A stretch of 64,000 bases of DNA from Takakia lepidozioides (taxonomy: Eukaryota; Plantae; Bryophyta): the NCBI GenBank assembly GCA_030704615.1, contig CM060732.1, positions 52,142,001-52,206,000 on the forward strand, given 5' to 3'. The position numbers and the translations under genes are program-made. Shown one piece after another: positions 1-12,550 of this stretch. Numbering within the stretch: the stretch's first letter is position 1; each line of letters starts with the position of its first letter. The notes under the pieces were generated by a model that made no database searches, had not been told where the DNA came from, and was given only the letters and a program-made list of their open reading frames with translations.

Positions 1-238
1 GAAGCAGCCATTGATGGTGTTGCACCGTGCACGGTGGTTCTACAGAGAGGTGCAGTTGCGAGGGCTGGAGACACACATTGCCGGGCAAAGTTTGTGACCC
101 ACAAGTTGAATGCTCACAGGACGAACCATAAACCAATTTACCAAGCATTTAAACTTCCAGATTATGTGAATCGTTTGACAGTTTCATAATTACCACAGGG
201 CGAGTGACCGAGGGTTTATATTCCATGCATTTGTCTAA

Positions 239-1581
239 TTAGCTTGTGAGAAACACCTTTCCTCCTCGACCAACTTCCTCGGACTTTCTTATCGCAGTTT
301 TGAAATCAGCAAGATCGAACTTTTCTCCTGCAATAGGCTGAATAATCTTAGCATCCAGGAGCTTGGAAACCTCATCAGCGAAGGCCTGACGCTTCGCATC
401 AGTGTCACACTGAAGGAAGACATCCCATCCTGTCAGGTGAACTTGTCTGATCAGGTCTGGGATGCGAACTGTGGCATCTAAACCTGATAAAACTCCATAC
501 ACGAAAACCTGACCTCCGGATCTCACACTTCCGCAAACCTCCTTGGTGAGCTCCCCGCCAACAGCATCCAGAGCTCCATACGCCAGCTTGTTTCCAGTGA
601 TCTCCTTCACCCTTGCTACTACGTCTTCATTATTTGAGTTTATGACCTCATCAGCACCCAAAGCCCGGAGCTCCTCCGTTTGTTCGCTGCGGCGAACGAT
701 GTTGATTGTCTTGATGCCCCAGTGCTTGGCCAGTTGTATCACCTGTCTACCAAGTACTGAGCCAGCAGCAGTTTGCAGTACATATTCCCCTTTAGGAACA
801 GCAAGATCGTGCAACATTCCATAGACCGTCCACGGATTGATTACAAACTGGGCAGCCGTCTCATCTGAGATGGAGTCTGGGACCGGCCATACCATCTCCT
901 GTCTCAGAGAAACGTACTCCTGCCATGATCCCTCTCCGTTCCTCGTGGATTCCCAGTACGTTAAGGGCACCACTCTTTGCCCGGGCTTCACCTTCGTCAC
1001 TCCTTTATTCAACCAGAAGAGAACTTTAATGTCGCCATGCCTACGCTACTGAAGAATTTGTATTCATTGCTATCTAAGAAAAGAACGAGATGTCACATTG
1101 ATGACCCCAACTGCAGTGTACACAGTTGCCGATATAATACCATGATTTCAGAGCAACTATACTCTGGTTTGTTAAAGCTGGACCTCTTCAAGTAGAGGGG
1201 ATGTAGTAGCTCGAGAACACCCAGAAGGAGAGCTCACTTGACACATTCAAAATGGCTTCATTGGGATGGAACTAGTCAAAGGAAGTGCACGCGCCTTGAC
1301 GTATATACTTGATGTAGTAGTACATGCATTTCATTTAGAGACATTATGCTTACCGCATGGACAATGCCGAAGCCTTCAGAGCCTGGAGTCGGGGGCTCAT
1401 TAAACGTTGGACTGAATTTCCCTGCATATCGCCCTGACCGGAGGGTCATAAGGTCTGTGGGATTGATGGGGCGCAATGTGATATGCACCACCACCTGCCC
1501 TGGCTCGACCTGGGGCAACATCTTTGTGACTAATTTCAGATCACTCTCATTGAAGCTTTCCTGTACAATTGCCCTGGACAT
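239..1581 (-). CDS. Zinc-independent MDR-family NADPH oxidoreductase (quinone oxidoreductase / 2-enoyl thioester reductase-like), paralog A; exon 1 1581-1354, exon 2 ~1012(or 1045)-239; exon-2 acceptor atypical
   Basis: Exon 1 MSRAIVQESF...PINPTD...PGSEGFGIVHA then GTAAGC donor; exon 2 has VLQTAAGSVLGRQVIQLAK (NADPH-binding), ALDAVGG, GRGGKVFL. Closely similar to paralog at 2757-4308. No AG at the homologous acceptor position. Confidence 0.8.
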
Positions 1582-2756
1582 CTTGTCTTCTTTCTTGAGA
1601 ATCAAACCTGCTCTGCAGATCAAGGGACCCGGAATGCACAGACTAGATGTTGCCAAGGAATCTCCCAAACTAATGTACAGCTCTTATATATTCAGCAGCG
1701 AGTTGCTTGCTGCACAATTGTTGGTTCCTTGCGTTTTGGCCCTGATGGAAGGGATGTGGAACAGGAGAGCATTCCAACATCAAAACCCAGATGCTGTAAG
1801 GATGATCAGCAGTCAATTCGCACATTTTACACACAACAAGTTTATAGTAACAAGTGCTGGCGCAGGATAGCATGCGAAAGCCACGCACGAGCCGTGCCCG
1901 GCTCTTCTTCGCAAGCTCCATGTCGACAGCCCCTAAACTTCCTGGCACACTCCGCAGAAGGAACCGGGTACATTCCGGAATAATATGTTGAGCCCGGGCT
2001 TAAGATTCTTATAAGATCTCGGGCAAGATTTTCATGCCTGGGCTTCAGGGGTCAGGTCTCAGGCTATCCGAGGGATGACCTCGGTAGCTGGTCTTGCTAC
2101 TATCTTTCAGAGCTTGTGGCATTAGAGACATAAGTACATGTACAATGGTTGCACGATTTGTTTCACCTCTGAGAGAGAGGTGGGAGACGAGTTAACACAT
2201 TCTCAATTTGATTCAAAGATCACGGCTTGCGCTCATATCCAAGAATCACGCTTTTGTACAGGACCATTCCTCTATACTTTTTTGGATTCAGTAATTTGTG
2301 ACAAGGAAGGCAGGTGGACTAAATGTATGTTTCTGTGACGGGAATGTTTCATGTGCTGTTGTAACCAAAATGCCGAGATTGTTGCCTGTCCAATGTGATG
2401 ATGTGCTGATGGACTCGGCGGTTTTACATTCTTTCCCCCTAATAATTCCGAATAAGTGGTATTCAGGGCCGATCTGTCCCTTGTTCTTTAAAATTTATTC
2501 TGAAAAAAAGACGATGATTAAAGACAATGATTCCCTCAAGCGAGAATGTGATGCCGGGGATTGAGGGTGTTGTCCAGTGTTTTGCAGGCCGAGGAATCTT
2601 TGAGTGAGTGCGGGCAATTGTGCAATGGCAACTCGCTGCTGATCTTCTAAGAGGTCTAGCTTAGGCTTTGAGAGATTTCTGAGCTACGTTTGGGTTGTCA
2701 ATTCCAGGCCTCTGCTGTTTGAATCAACTCTGCCTCTCTGAAAGAAAGAAGACAAG

Positions 2757-4308
2757 ATGTACAGAGCTGTTGTACAGGAAAGCTTCAACGAGAACGAACC
2801 TGAGGCGGCATTGACATTAGTCACGAAGGCATTGCCCCGGGCCGAGCCAGGGCAGGTGGTGGTGCATATCATATTGCGCCCCGTCAATCCCACAGACCTT
2901 GTTAACGTTCGGACAGGGAAGGTCATTCGAACGTTGAATGCGCCCACTACTCCAGGCTCTGAAGGCTTCGGCATTGTCCATGCGGTAAGCGTCATGTCCT
3001 TTTGAAATGGATTGTACACCAATTTATACACGGAAGGCTTGTGCGCTCTTGTAGACGCGGCTTAAAACGCCAGAAAGCCATTTGATTTACACTAGAGTGT
3101 GTCTTGGCTTTACTTCATTGTTGGATCAGCTTGGTTGCGCCCTCCTTCTGTTGGCCCTTAAAACCATGGCCGAGCAATCATGGTAGGATTTATTTCTAAT
3201 ATCTCCTCACACTGAAGGTAGGTCCATCATCCTGACTTTAGGGCAACCAATGCAAGCTTCTACTCAACATCTCCACATCTCCACAATCAGGCTACAAAAC
3301 GCTTATAAGCTTCTTAACCTCAAAATTACATTCGAAACTGTAGTTGGTATTTTCCCCATTTCGATTGATTGCTGTAGGTATCCACCTGACTGTATGTCTC
3401 GTTTCGATTGCCCAAATCTCCATTTCAGTCCTTGTGGAGATTCAAGTTCACATACCTCTGCATGACTACCTTCGAAGTTTGGAAGATTGCACTCTTGTTC
3501 ACCAATCCTGCAAGTTTCTGTTCCGGTTTGGGTGCAGGTCGGGGCGGGAGTGACAAAGGTGAAGCCTGGGCAAAGGGTGGTGCCCTTCATGTGGGAAGCC
3601 GTGAGGAAGGGAGAGGGATCATGGCAGCAGTACGTTTCTGTTAGACAGGAATTGGTATGGCCAGTCCCAGACTCCATGCCAGATGAGACTGCTGCCCAGT
3701 TTGTAACCAATCCGTGGACGGTCTATGGAATGTTGCATGATCTTGCTGTTCCTGAAGGGGAGTACGTGTTGCAAACTGCTGCTGGTTCTGTGCTTGGCAG
3801 GCAGGTGATACAACTGGCCAAGCACTGGGGCATCAAGACAATCAACATCGTTCGCCGCGGTGAACAAAAGGACGAGCTCAAGGCTCTGGGTGCTGATGAG
3901 GTCATTAGCTCCAGTGATGAAAATGTGGTGGCAAGGGTGAAAGAAATTACAGGAAACAGGCTGGCGTATGGAGCTCTGGATGCTGTTGGAGGGGATCTCA
4001 CCAAGGAGGTGTGTGCAAGTGTGAGATTTGGAGGTCGGGTTTTTGTGTATGGAGTGTTATCAGGTTTCGATGCCACAGTTTCCATCATAGACCTGTTCAG
4101 GGAAGTTCAGGTGACAGGATGGATTCTCTCCAATCACTATGACAATGAGGAGAAGCGCCAGACTTTCGTTGACGATGTCTTCAAGCTCCTGGATGCTAAG
4201 ATTATTCAGCCTCTTGCAGGAGAAAAGTTTGACCTTGCCGACTTCAAGACTGCCATTAAAAAATCCGAGGAAGTTGGTAGAGGTGGAAAGGTGTTTCTCA
4301 CAAGTTAA
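2757..4308 (+). CDS. Zinc-independent MDR-family NADPH oxidoreductase (quinone oxidoreductase / 2-enoyl thioester reductase-like), paralog B; exons 2757-2984, 3538-4308 (332 aa)
   Basis: Phase-0 GT-AG intron 2985-3537 joins MYRAVV...PVNPTD...PGSEGFGIVHA to VGAGVTKVKPGQRVV...GSWQQY...AAQFVTNPWTVYGML...TAAGSVLGR...GRGGKVFLTS; open frame. Confidence 0.9.
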
Positions 4309-7300
4309 GTAAACAATTGAGAGTCATGAAGCAATGAGGGAGTCACACCATAGCATCTCTAACAATAATATCACCATACCTTCATAGCAAAATACTGAAG
4401 GAGAGCCTAGTGTTTGAATGGCACAAAAGTACACAAAGCTCTGGCTGATTAATATTGGAGTTCACTGAGGATATCCTCTCTGCTGATACAATGCCTCTGA
4501 CGGAGATTTTACCCCATACACTCCTCCCAATTTTCACAAAAGAGAACCAAAGTGCTGGGGGTTGACAACCCAACCAACACTGCGAATGACTAACAAAAGC
4601 AGTCAATTTACAACAAGATCCCACCTCTGTTCCAAACTGCACCTGCGGACATTGTTTCCATTGTAACTCTTCTCTTCAACACACTGTTCCCCTGTGGAAG
4701 ATGGCAGACATCTGAAGTGCCTGGTAGTTATTAACGTTCATTATGCAATTCTAATAAGCAAATCCTACATACATGTAGCACTAGTTGATCCCTTCACCTG
4801 TTGCTCACTAAAGCGAGGTCTATTGAGATCCAAAACTTCTGCAATAACCATCTCCACAAACTGCAGCTGAAACAAGTTGAACTAAACGAAATCATGGCCT
4901 TCCAGAGTTATGATTTGAGGTCCACATTGAGCATACAATCCTGGACTGAATGGTGCTTTCGGTGTGGATCACTCAACTTGTGAGTGGAAAGAAAATGTCC
5001 AAGGAAACTCTTGAAGGTCGAGTTACATTTTATCCCCTAGTGTAGGCTTTACCCCACTCTGAGAAAACTCCAGTCCCGGTTGAGTGGTTGCTAGCATCAG
5101 TCTACTTTCTAATCACATTCTTCGATTCCTCTCTCTCCTCACCAGAATAGCAGAGCTGGAATAAAGAGTTGCGTAAGGTACTTCCAAAATGCTAAACTGA
5201 GATTTGTTGAATTGTTGGGTAGCTAGCTACCTTGTAGAGAGAGGAAGGCAGATCATGGTGCAAGAACAACCAAAGGGTAGGGGATAAGAATACGTAGTAC
5301 AATGGGAAACAGATGGTCCACTGACCTTGTATTGTCTTGGTGGCATTTGATGGATGTTCTTTCAAGTTGTGGGAAAAAAGGCTTCAAAGCAATGCCACCT
5401 TTGCTAATCAGAATACCAAGGTTTGCCAGGATTGCACTCTTCACTTGCAATGGGAACCTATCCCCTATAATCCTTATAAGTGGCCTACATTTCCAGCATC
5501 AGCCAGTCCCTTTGTAATGAGTGCAAGGTCAATAAACAACCTCAGCTTGAGATGAAACAAAATTCTACAGACAACGAAGAGGTGATAATTATCTACAGGG
5601 AAGCACACCAATAAACTACCACACCCAGTGATAGGAACCACAAATGGCTTCAAAAGCAGGCTCACTTGTGACATCAAGCAACTCCCCAAGCCCTTCTGCT
5701 GCCTGCTCCCTCCAGCTCTGCTGATCCACTCATAAGCCCCTGCACCCCATTTCCAAAATACCATTGATGCCATGGACTGTCCCCAGTTTATCACGAGAGG
5801 TCCAAAGAACATAACCAGGTCCAGCAAGAATGAAACCGGGAGAATACTCTAAGTTGCGTTGGAGTTGATGTAGAAGTGCCTGTAGGTAGATTGGCAACAC
5901 AGGCTGCAAAACTTTTGGAGGGCAAAAGCCAGGAATCAATATGGCTCCTCCCTGGAATCAGTAAGGACCACTCATGAACAACAGCCACAGGAGGCCCAAC
6001 AAAGACACAAAGAAAGGACAAGCATAATCTCTAGCAAGAAGGAAAGAAATAAAGAAACTCTATAACATCAACGGAAGGACACAACAGGCCACAGGACAAG
6101 GTAGAGCAAACCGAGAACTACTTCAAAATACATCAAGTGTTGCCTGGAAGAGAAGTGCCTCAAGCAGGTAGGCGATGAGGCACTTTGAATCTTCAAAGCT
6201 CAAGGCTTTTACCAAAGATCATAGTATGCAGAAAAGGGGGAAGAAAGAGTGTGCTGTTTCCACTTCCTGCAGTGCAGATGACAGACACTATCCTATCCTC
6301 TCAGTGTTCGCCCTTTTGCCATTCCCCCAACAGAAAGAAGAAAGAAGAGACATATAACACTGTTTGACAATGCAAATAGCGCCGCATGCAGTTTTGCAAC
6401 TTGCAATTTCTTTGCTTGTTCACAAGACACACATAGGCCAGTAAGTGTCTGCACTGCTGGAGGTAAAAGAGATTGCAGCATGTGCCCACAAACAGGATAG
6501 GTGGATAGGAGTGTTGCAGCTCCTACATGATGAAGACAGTGAAAAACTTGAGTAGGAACAATTCTGTAAGCATGGAAGTTGACACTCCCGACCTCTTTTC
6601 AATGAAAGGGCAATGGTGTGTTTGTCAACAACTGCTGCTATCATTATGACTATCATACCATCATGTTACTGCTATTATGATGGGTAGCTTGACATAGGTG
6701 AATAACATGAATTGCACACTTTGCCAGGCATGAATTGCAAGTTCTTCTTCCATTGCAATATGCTATTTTATTCAGATATGAGGGACTTGGGGAATTGTAC
6801 TTCTCAGATGATTCCCACAGATGGTTACAAATGCATCCTGTCAACAATATCCTACTTTGATGGCACCCGACAAGGACTGAGAGGACTACATTTGATCTCA
6901 GCATAAGGCTGAAGGCCATTGAAGGCCATACACTACAGGAATTGGGACAAAACTAGATGCTCTGTCAACAACCATCATCTCCTTGCCTTTCGTGGGTCTA
7001 GCCATGTTTCTGAAAGTTTTCCAACACCATCAAGAGGAACCTTGAGTTCGCTTCTGAGAAAAATCTATCTTTGAGCTCACCGGCTTCTGGACTGCTCTGC
7101 AATGCTGTGGAGATGCCATTAGGACGAAATGAGTATTAAACCAGATCCGGACAAAAGAATAATGTTGCATTTGATGCTAGGAGTCCCTGACATCCAGCCA
7201 ATGCACTTGTCAATAGCACGTTCATTTCCCATAGTGCAGGTTACAAGGTGTACCTTATCACCTCATCATGCTCTGCGTTGTTGCTGTTAAGGAACTGCTG

Positions 7301-7492
7301 CCTGCCTTATCCAAAAATGTTGTCACAACACCCTTAGCAATGAGCTATTTACCTCCGATACAGTGCAGTCTGAGTGGACTTTCATTAGCCTAAATTTTTC
7401 AACAATGAGCATCCAGGTCAAGTACTTAAATCTCCTGTAATCTACCATGAAGATGCACACATCACAGCCTCTCTGTAATCATAACAGAGCAC

Positions 7493-9141
7493 TTACTTGG
7501 CATAGGGTTTACTCGAAGAGAGGATGGTGGAGTACCAGCCCTTGAGCACAAAGAGGGCAACAACACGGAACAACCCCATAGTCACCAGCTCCAGCAAAGC
7601 CTGTGCGAGTGATGGCTGTGGTGACATGCCAGCGGTCACCATGCTCAGCATAAATCCATCAAAATTGCAGCTGATGGTAAAGCGGCCTGTCTTTATGCCT
7701 GCTAGCACCTTGCATGCTACATCCATTGCATCCATTGAGCTTGATGATCCAGACAGCAGCTTAGTCAGCTCTGGCTTTGTCTTGTTCTCTGCCAAAACAC
7801 CACCTCCCACATTCCTGATTCACATTACTAAAAAGCTGCCAGTCTCTTCAAAACTTCAAGGTCTACGAATCGAGCATGGAAAAAGGAGGCTCTATGCTAT
7901 CTTGAAAGATAAAGCATGCTTCTAAAAACAGGTTTCTAGACGTATATGCAACTGGTCCTCCATAGCAAGCGTTTCCACATGCTATACATGGTTTCAAAGT
8001 CAGAAGTACCGAAGGCCAAATTTTATAACTCACATCACAGTTATTAAGTTCACCTTACAGGGCGACGGTGTGTGACAGGAGGAAAAGCACCTTCAGCAAA
8101 GCCGGGGGTATCAGTATCTGGGGGGAAAACGAGAGAGAGTCGGATATTGCGGGTAAGCAGCTCTTGTTGCAGCACCTCTGCCAGGCCTCGCAATGCAAAC
8201 TTACTGGCCGCATATGCTCCATAGCCATACACACCCACCTGGAGCCTTTCCATTAGCTTCTACACACTTCCCATGTGCTTGAATCAAACATTCCAGGTTT
8301 TGAACCAATTTGCAGGATCTCCAATACCATCATATGCCAGAAACACAAAATTATGCCTACCATTTGCTGAACGATTGCGTTCTGTCTCGTGCATTCTAAG
8401 CCTAGCGCAGCTGCCAAGGTCAGTTTGAAAACTTAAATTTTGAATCACCCATAATAATGGCTGAGATACAATTGCTCTCTTGCCAATGCCTGGCAATACA
8501 CTGCCCTCCCGCATTCTCTAAGCTTCGTCAATAGACCAACAACAGTATCTTCAGCACAATAGTACCTGGCCCGCCTGAGAAGAGAAGATGGCAATGGAGG
8601 CGGGAATTGCCCTACTCGACTTGATGAAAGGCAAGGCAGCCTTGATGGCATAAATGCTTCCCCTCAAATTCGTATCCAGTATGTGCTCAATAGTCGCGAG
8701 GCTGGTCTCCTCGAAGGTGCCCGGGAGGGCCACGCCATGGCTCAACACCAACACCTCCACGTCACCAGCCTCAATGGTGGCTTGCTCCAAAACCTTTTCG
8801 ATGCTGGCGAACACCTTAACGTCCGAACTGTAGGTGCGCACCTGCGCTTCTCCGCCGCCAACGCCAGTCTTTTGCTTGCAATGCTCCGTAATCGATCGGC
8901 GAGCGTCCGCCAACTTGGCAGCATCTCTGGCCACAACAGACACCCGTGCGCCCTCCGCAGCAGCGAGCTTGGCCAGAGCCAGGCCTATACCACTGGAGCC
9001 CCCTATGATGACGACATGGCGACCTCTGAGAGCAACTCGAGTGGGCCGCGGCACGATGAGCCACCACACCAGCAGCACCATCGCGCCTAGCAGAAGCACC
9101 ACAGCTAGCAGCACTGGCCCCACCCATAGCCACCATCCCAT
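7493..9141 (-). CDS. TSC10: 3-dehydrosphinganine (3-ketodihydrosphingosine) reductase, SDR family; exons 9141-8566, 8238-8091, 7788-7493 (339 aa)
   Basis: N-terminal TM segment, GGSSGIG Rossmann motif, SSQAGQ|[19 protein letters not shown] (YxxxK), [12 protein letters not shown]|[10 protein letters not shown]-terminal [18 protein letters not shown] typical of plant TSC10; GT-AG introns keep frame. Confidence 0.9.
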
Positions 9142-9168
9142 ACTTCTCCTCTCTCTCTCTCTCTCTCG
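9142..9168. repeat. (CT/GA)n microsatellite in TSC10 5' UTR
   Basis: ctctctctctctctct run directly upstream of the ATG. Confidence 0.7.
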
Positions 9169-9507
9169 CTCACACAATCCGTTGCACGGAAGCTCTGTCG
9201 TCCTTCTGGCTGCCAAGCCACTCTTGCATCATTGTGCAAACCTGAAGTCAGCTGATCTACGTACTTCTTTCACAATGGTTGCGTTTTTCTTCCTTGCTCA
9301 ACATCGCCAGACTTGGCTTTTGACTCCGATCCCACTCCCACCTGACCGCTGTGGACTCACTTGATGATAATAAAATTTCTTTCTTTCATTCTTTCTCTGG
9401 TCAGTATTTCCGGTGCATCCCGCAAACCACAGCACGCAGCTCCGATGCACATGGAGGCTTTGCAAACTCTTCGTGTGTCGTGTGCCTTCCACAACACTGC
9501 TGCCGCC

Positions 9508-10551
9508 ATGGACACTCCACCGAGAGAGACGACGAGAGAGGGGAACGACCGAACATCCGACGACGTTCGCTCATTTCGTTTTCCGTCAACGGCGGCAGTG
9601 AATCCAAGTAACATACTTGGAGCAGAAGTGGTGAACACTGGCCACATCCATCCTACATCCATCTTCTACCCTAGATCCTCCGCGCCCGTGCTGTGGTTGA
9701 CCGTGTCATAAATATTCAGGAATTGACTTTCATCATTTTGGATGATTTTCATCCATTAAGCGACTGTGAAACTGGCGATGAAGCATATCTCATCTGGTAG
9801 TTATGAAGCTTTTGTCTGCCCCTGTTTCAACGTATTCTGAGGATTCTCTACGCCCGTTCCACAGGAATTGGTCTCCAGTCCGTTTGGAACCGTCCACGGT
9901 AAGTGGGATATATGATAAAACTTAGTGAGAGCCTTTTCCTCTGGTAGTATGAGATTTGTGAGTTTAGGTATGTTGCATTTTAGACTTGGTCTTCAAACCT
10001 GATTTGTTAGTGTAGTCTGTTTGGAAGATGAACTTGTTCTCCTTCTAGCTGTGTTCAGAGGTTTGTGGATGGAGATTTTTCTCATGTAGCCATTTTGCAC
10101 TGGACTCTGTAAGTGATTCTCCACCCTTCATACTTTCCACTTGAGACTAGCACAATCAGCCCCACTTTTTAGTGAAGCTATCTGCCAACGTTAAAGGTTG
10201 AAAGGAAGGACTTAGTGCGAGAGAAACTGAATTCAAAATAACGGAGACTGGTTAGCATCTTTGCATCTGGATATGTTGGAGAGAGATTGGAGTACGAAAT
10301 ATGCTCGTATGAAGTTGTGGTTCTAACAAAGTTGTCACTTGCTTGAGGCAGATAACAGGCACACATCAACTGGACTCTGCACTGACCGCTCTTTGCTGCC
10401 CAGTGCAGAGATACAGGACAGTGATGGAACGAAGACGTGTGTCCAGGCTGCAGCTTGGAGAACGGCCTATCGCTCACCTCTCCCCTACCAACCATTCCAC
10501 CAACTAAGTTCCTCAACTCTCCATCACTACAATCTAGAAGAAGCTTCTGAG
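9508..10551 (+). other. Possible multi-exon gene of unknown function divergent from TSC10
   Basis: ATG at 9508 (MDTPPRETT...), strong donor sites (GTAAGT at ~9899 and ~10109) and several acceptor-like sites; no consistent reading frame or homology recognised. Confidence 0.2.
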
Positions 10552-12220
10552 GTAGGCCCCACATGCATTCACCAGGGCATGCAATAGCCTTGTGGACCCA
10601 CACGCGGTGTTCCATATATTACAACAGCCTCTAGATGTCCACCTTCCTTTAGTTCATTTTAATTTTCGAACCACTTGAGTGCATACTAGAGGCTAATCCA
10701 TGAATTGGCAGGTTTTGGCCGTTCAGTCTGGAAATAAGCAGGCCCTGTCCTTCCATGGACTTTCTGCACAACAATGTCGACAAGTCACTATTATCACGGC
10801 TGTAATTTGGATTCAAGTTACGTTGTGATGGGACATGTTTGTAGCTTACGCCTGTTTTTGTGGCTCTGTCCCTTTTGATCACAACGTGTGTGTCGCGGCA
10901 GTTGTATAAGCGGACCCACCGTCTTATTTCCTGTCTGATCCACAAATAAGTGGAGGCAGGTTGGGATGCGAGATCCGCTTCTACATTTCCTGTTGAACAT
11001 TAACAAATGGGCCTGTGTCACATCATGTGCGGCACCGGTCCAGTGCCTGTCACTATTAGGCCAGCGTTGCAAAACGGTTTTGATACTCACTGTTTTTGGT
11101 GTGTATAGGGTGTTTAAGCTATTTTTCTAAAATGCTCCGGAGGGCATGTGCCTCTTTTGAGAAAAAAGAGGGGGTGGGATATTTAGTCGACCTTGGGATA
11201 TTCCGGCTGGCTAAGGAAGCCATCCATGTTTGGTTTTTTTGCAAGTTTTATAACCATGAAATGCTCGGCCTTTCAGTTGTATACACTGATCAGACATAGG
11301 CAAGGCTTTCACGCTTGCATTCAACTCGTTGGGTAAGCGTAGTCTTCTCCGTGAATAGTTGGAGGATGAATACAGAATGCGCAGTGCTATGCTAATTTGG
11401 CGGTGGAACTGTTGCTAGTGGGCGTGGGTAGAGTCCATCGGTGTCACTTGTCTACCAATATAATATTTTAATTTCCAATCTTTCTCGATAGATAGCGACG
11501 CTGTCAATTTTCCTTTCCCTTCCCATCCGCGGCAAAGTCTTCACCAATCGAGAGAAGAGTAGAAGATGATGCAGAGATACATACTATATATACTAGTGAG
11601 CTTTGCTCAACACAAACATCTTTTTCACTTGTCCTCATCTTCCAGTTTAGCTTTGGCGCAGTGCTGGAGGCCGATTCTTTTGAGTCTTCAGAGTTTTTCT
11701 TCTGTTATTGATACCTACCAGCGTTGGTTTATTTCTGTGGATTCGCTTTCTCTGAATCCTTCCTCAGCCTTTCAACGACAAGCGATTTTGGTTCTTCCTG
11801 CTGCTGGTAGCAGACCTGTACTGTGTTGCCGTTTTCGATCCCCAGAGGTTTCTTTGCGTGGGTTCTGTGTACCAGGCGTCTGTGTTGGATCCTTGCTAGA
11901 GCAACTTTTGCAGACATTGAATCCGCAGGGGTATTCTTGTCTTTTGTAAAAGCACCCTGTTTTGATTTTCGGGTTGGTATCATTGCAGCTTGACTCACTT
12001 GTCAAACAATCTCTTAGTCTGTTTGAAGTGTCTTATAATTAAGTCTATATAGGTTGTCAATCCTCTCATCCATTCACTTGAAACTCTTAAGATCATATTA
12101 GGCGGGTCCATTTCAACCTGATCTGTCTTCAACGGTTTAATCTGAATTGAGCGGGTCCCGTCTCTTGCAGGTTGATTATTGTCATCGCTTATTTCTCTAA
12201 TCTCAAGTGCATTCCTGAAA

Positions 12221-12550
12221 ATGGGTGCCCAGGGATATGTCCTGGGGGCAAGCACTGGTGCTATGGTTTGTAGTTTGGTGTTAGGCATATATATGTGGAA
12301 GATCATAAAAGAACAAAGCAACACTATTGCATTGTACGAGAAAGTATGGGAGAAAACAACTGCTGTGCTTGCGCTTCGGAAGGAAATACAACGCAGGTTT
12401 CAAGGAGTACACAAGTCGTTTCATCCCGCTCTTTCCCGAAGTGAAGCCTTCAAGGAGTTATGTGAGACTCTTTCAGAGGTCGGTATGTCAGAAGACAGTG
12501 TCGAATTGCTGCGGCTGACCTTCCAAGCTGCAGACCAGAAGAGAGATTAA
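12221..12550 (+). CDS. Small (109 aa) protein with N-terminal transmembrane anchor, unknown function
   Basis: MGAQGYVLGASTGAMVCSLVLGIYMWKII hydrophobic helix followed by a charged helical domain; upstream tcttgcag acceptor (~12170) suggests a 5'-UTR intron. Confidence 0.5.
   Translation: MGAQGYVLGASTGAMVCSLVLGIYMWKIIKEQSNTIALYEKVWEKTTAVLALRKEIQRRFQGVHKSFHPALSRSEAFKELCETLSEVGMSEDSVELLRLTFQAADQKRD

Noticed and set aside
543-4088. Antisense ORFs overlapping the MDR genes (and similar ones over TSC10)
   Set aside because: Shadow frames of real coding sequence.
4400-7400. Possible highly decayed LINE between MDR paralog B and TSC10
   Set aside because: Only vague similarity; no convincing RT or endonuclease motif could be read.
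239-9141. Lipid-metabolism gene cluster (MDR pair + TSC10)
   Set aside because: MDR substrate unknown; adjacency of three genes is insufficient evidence.
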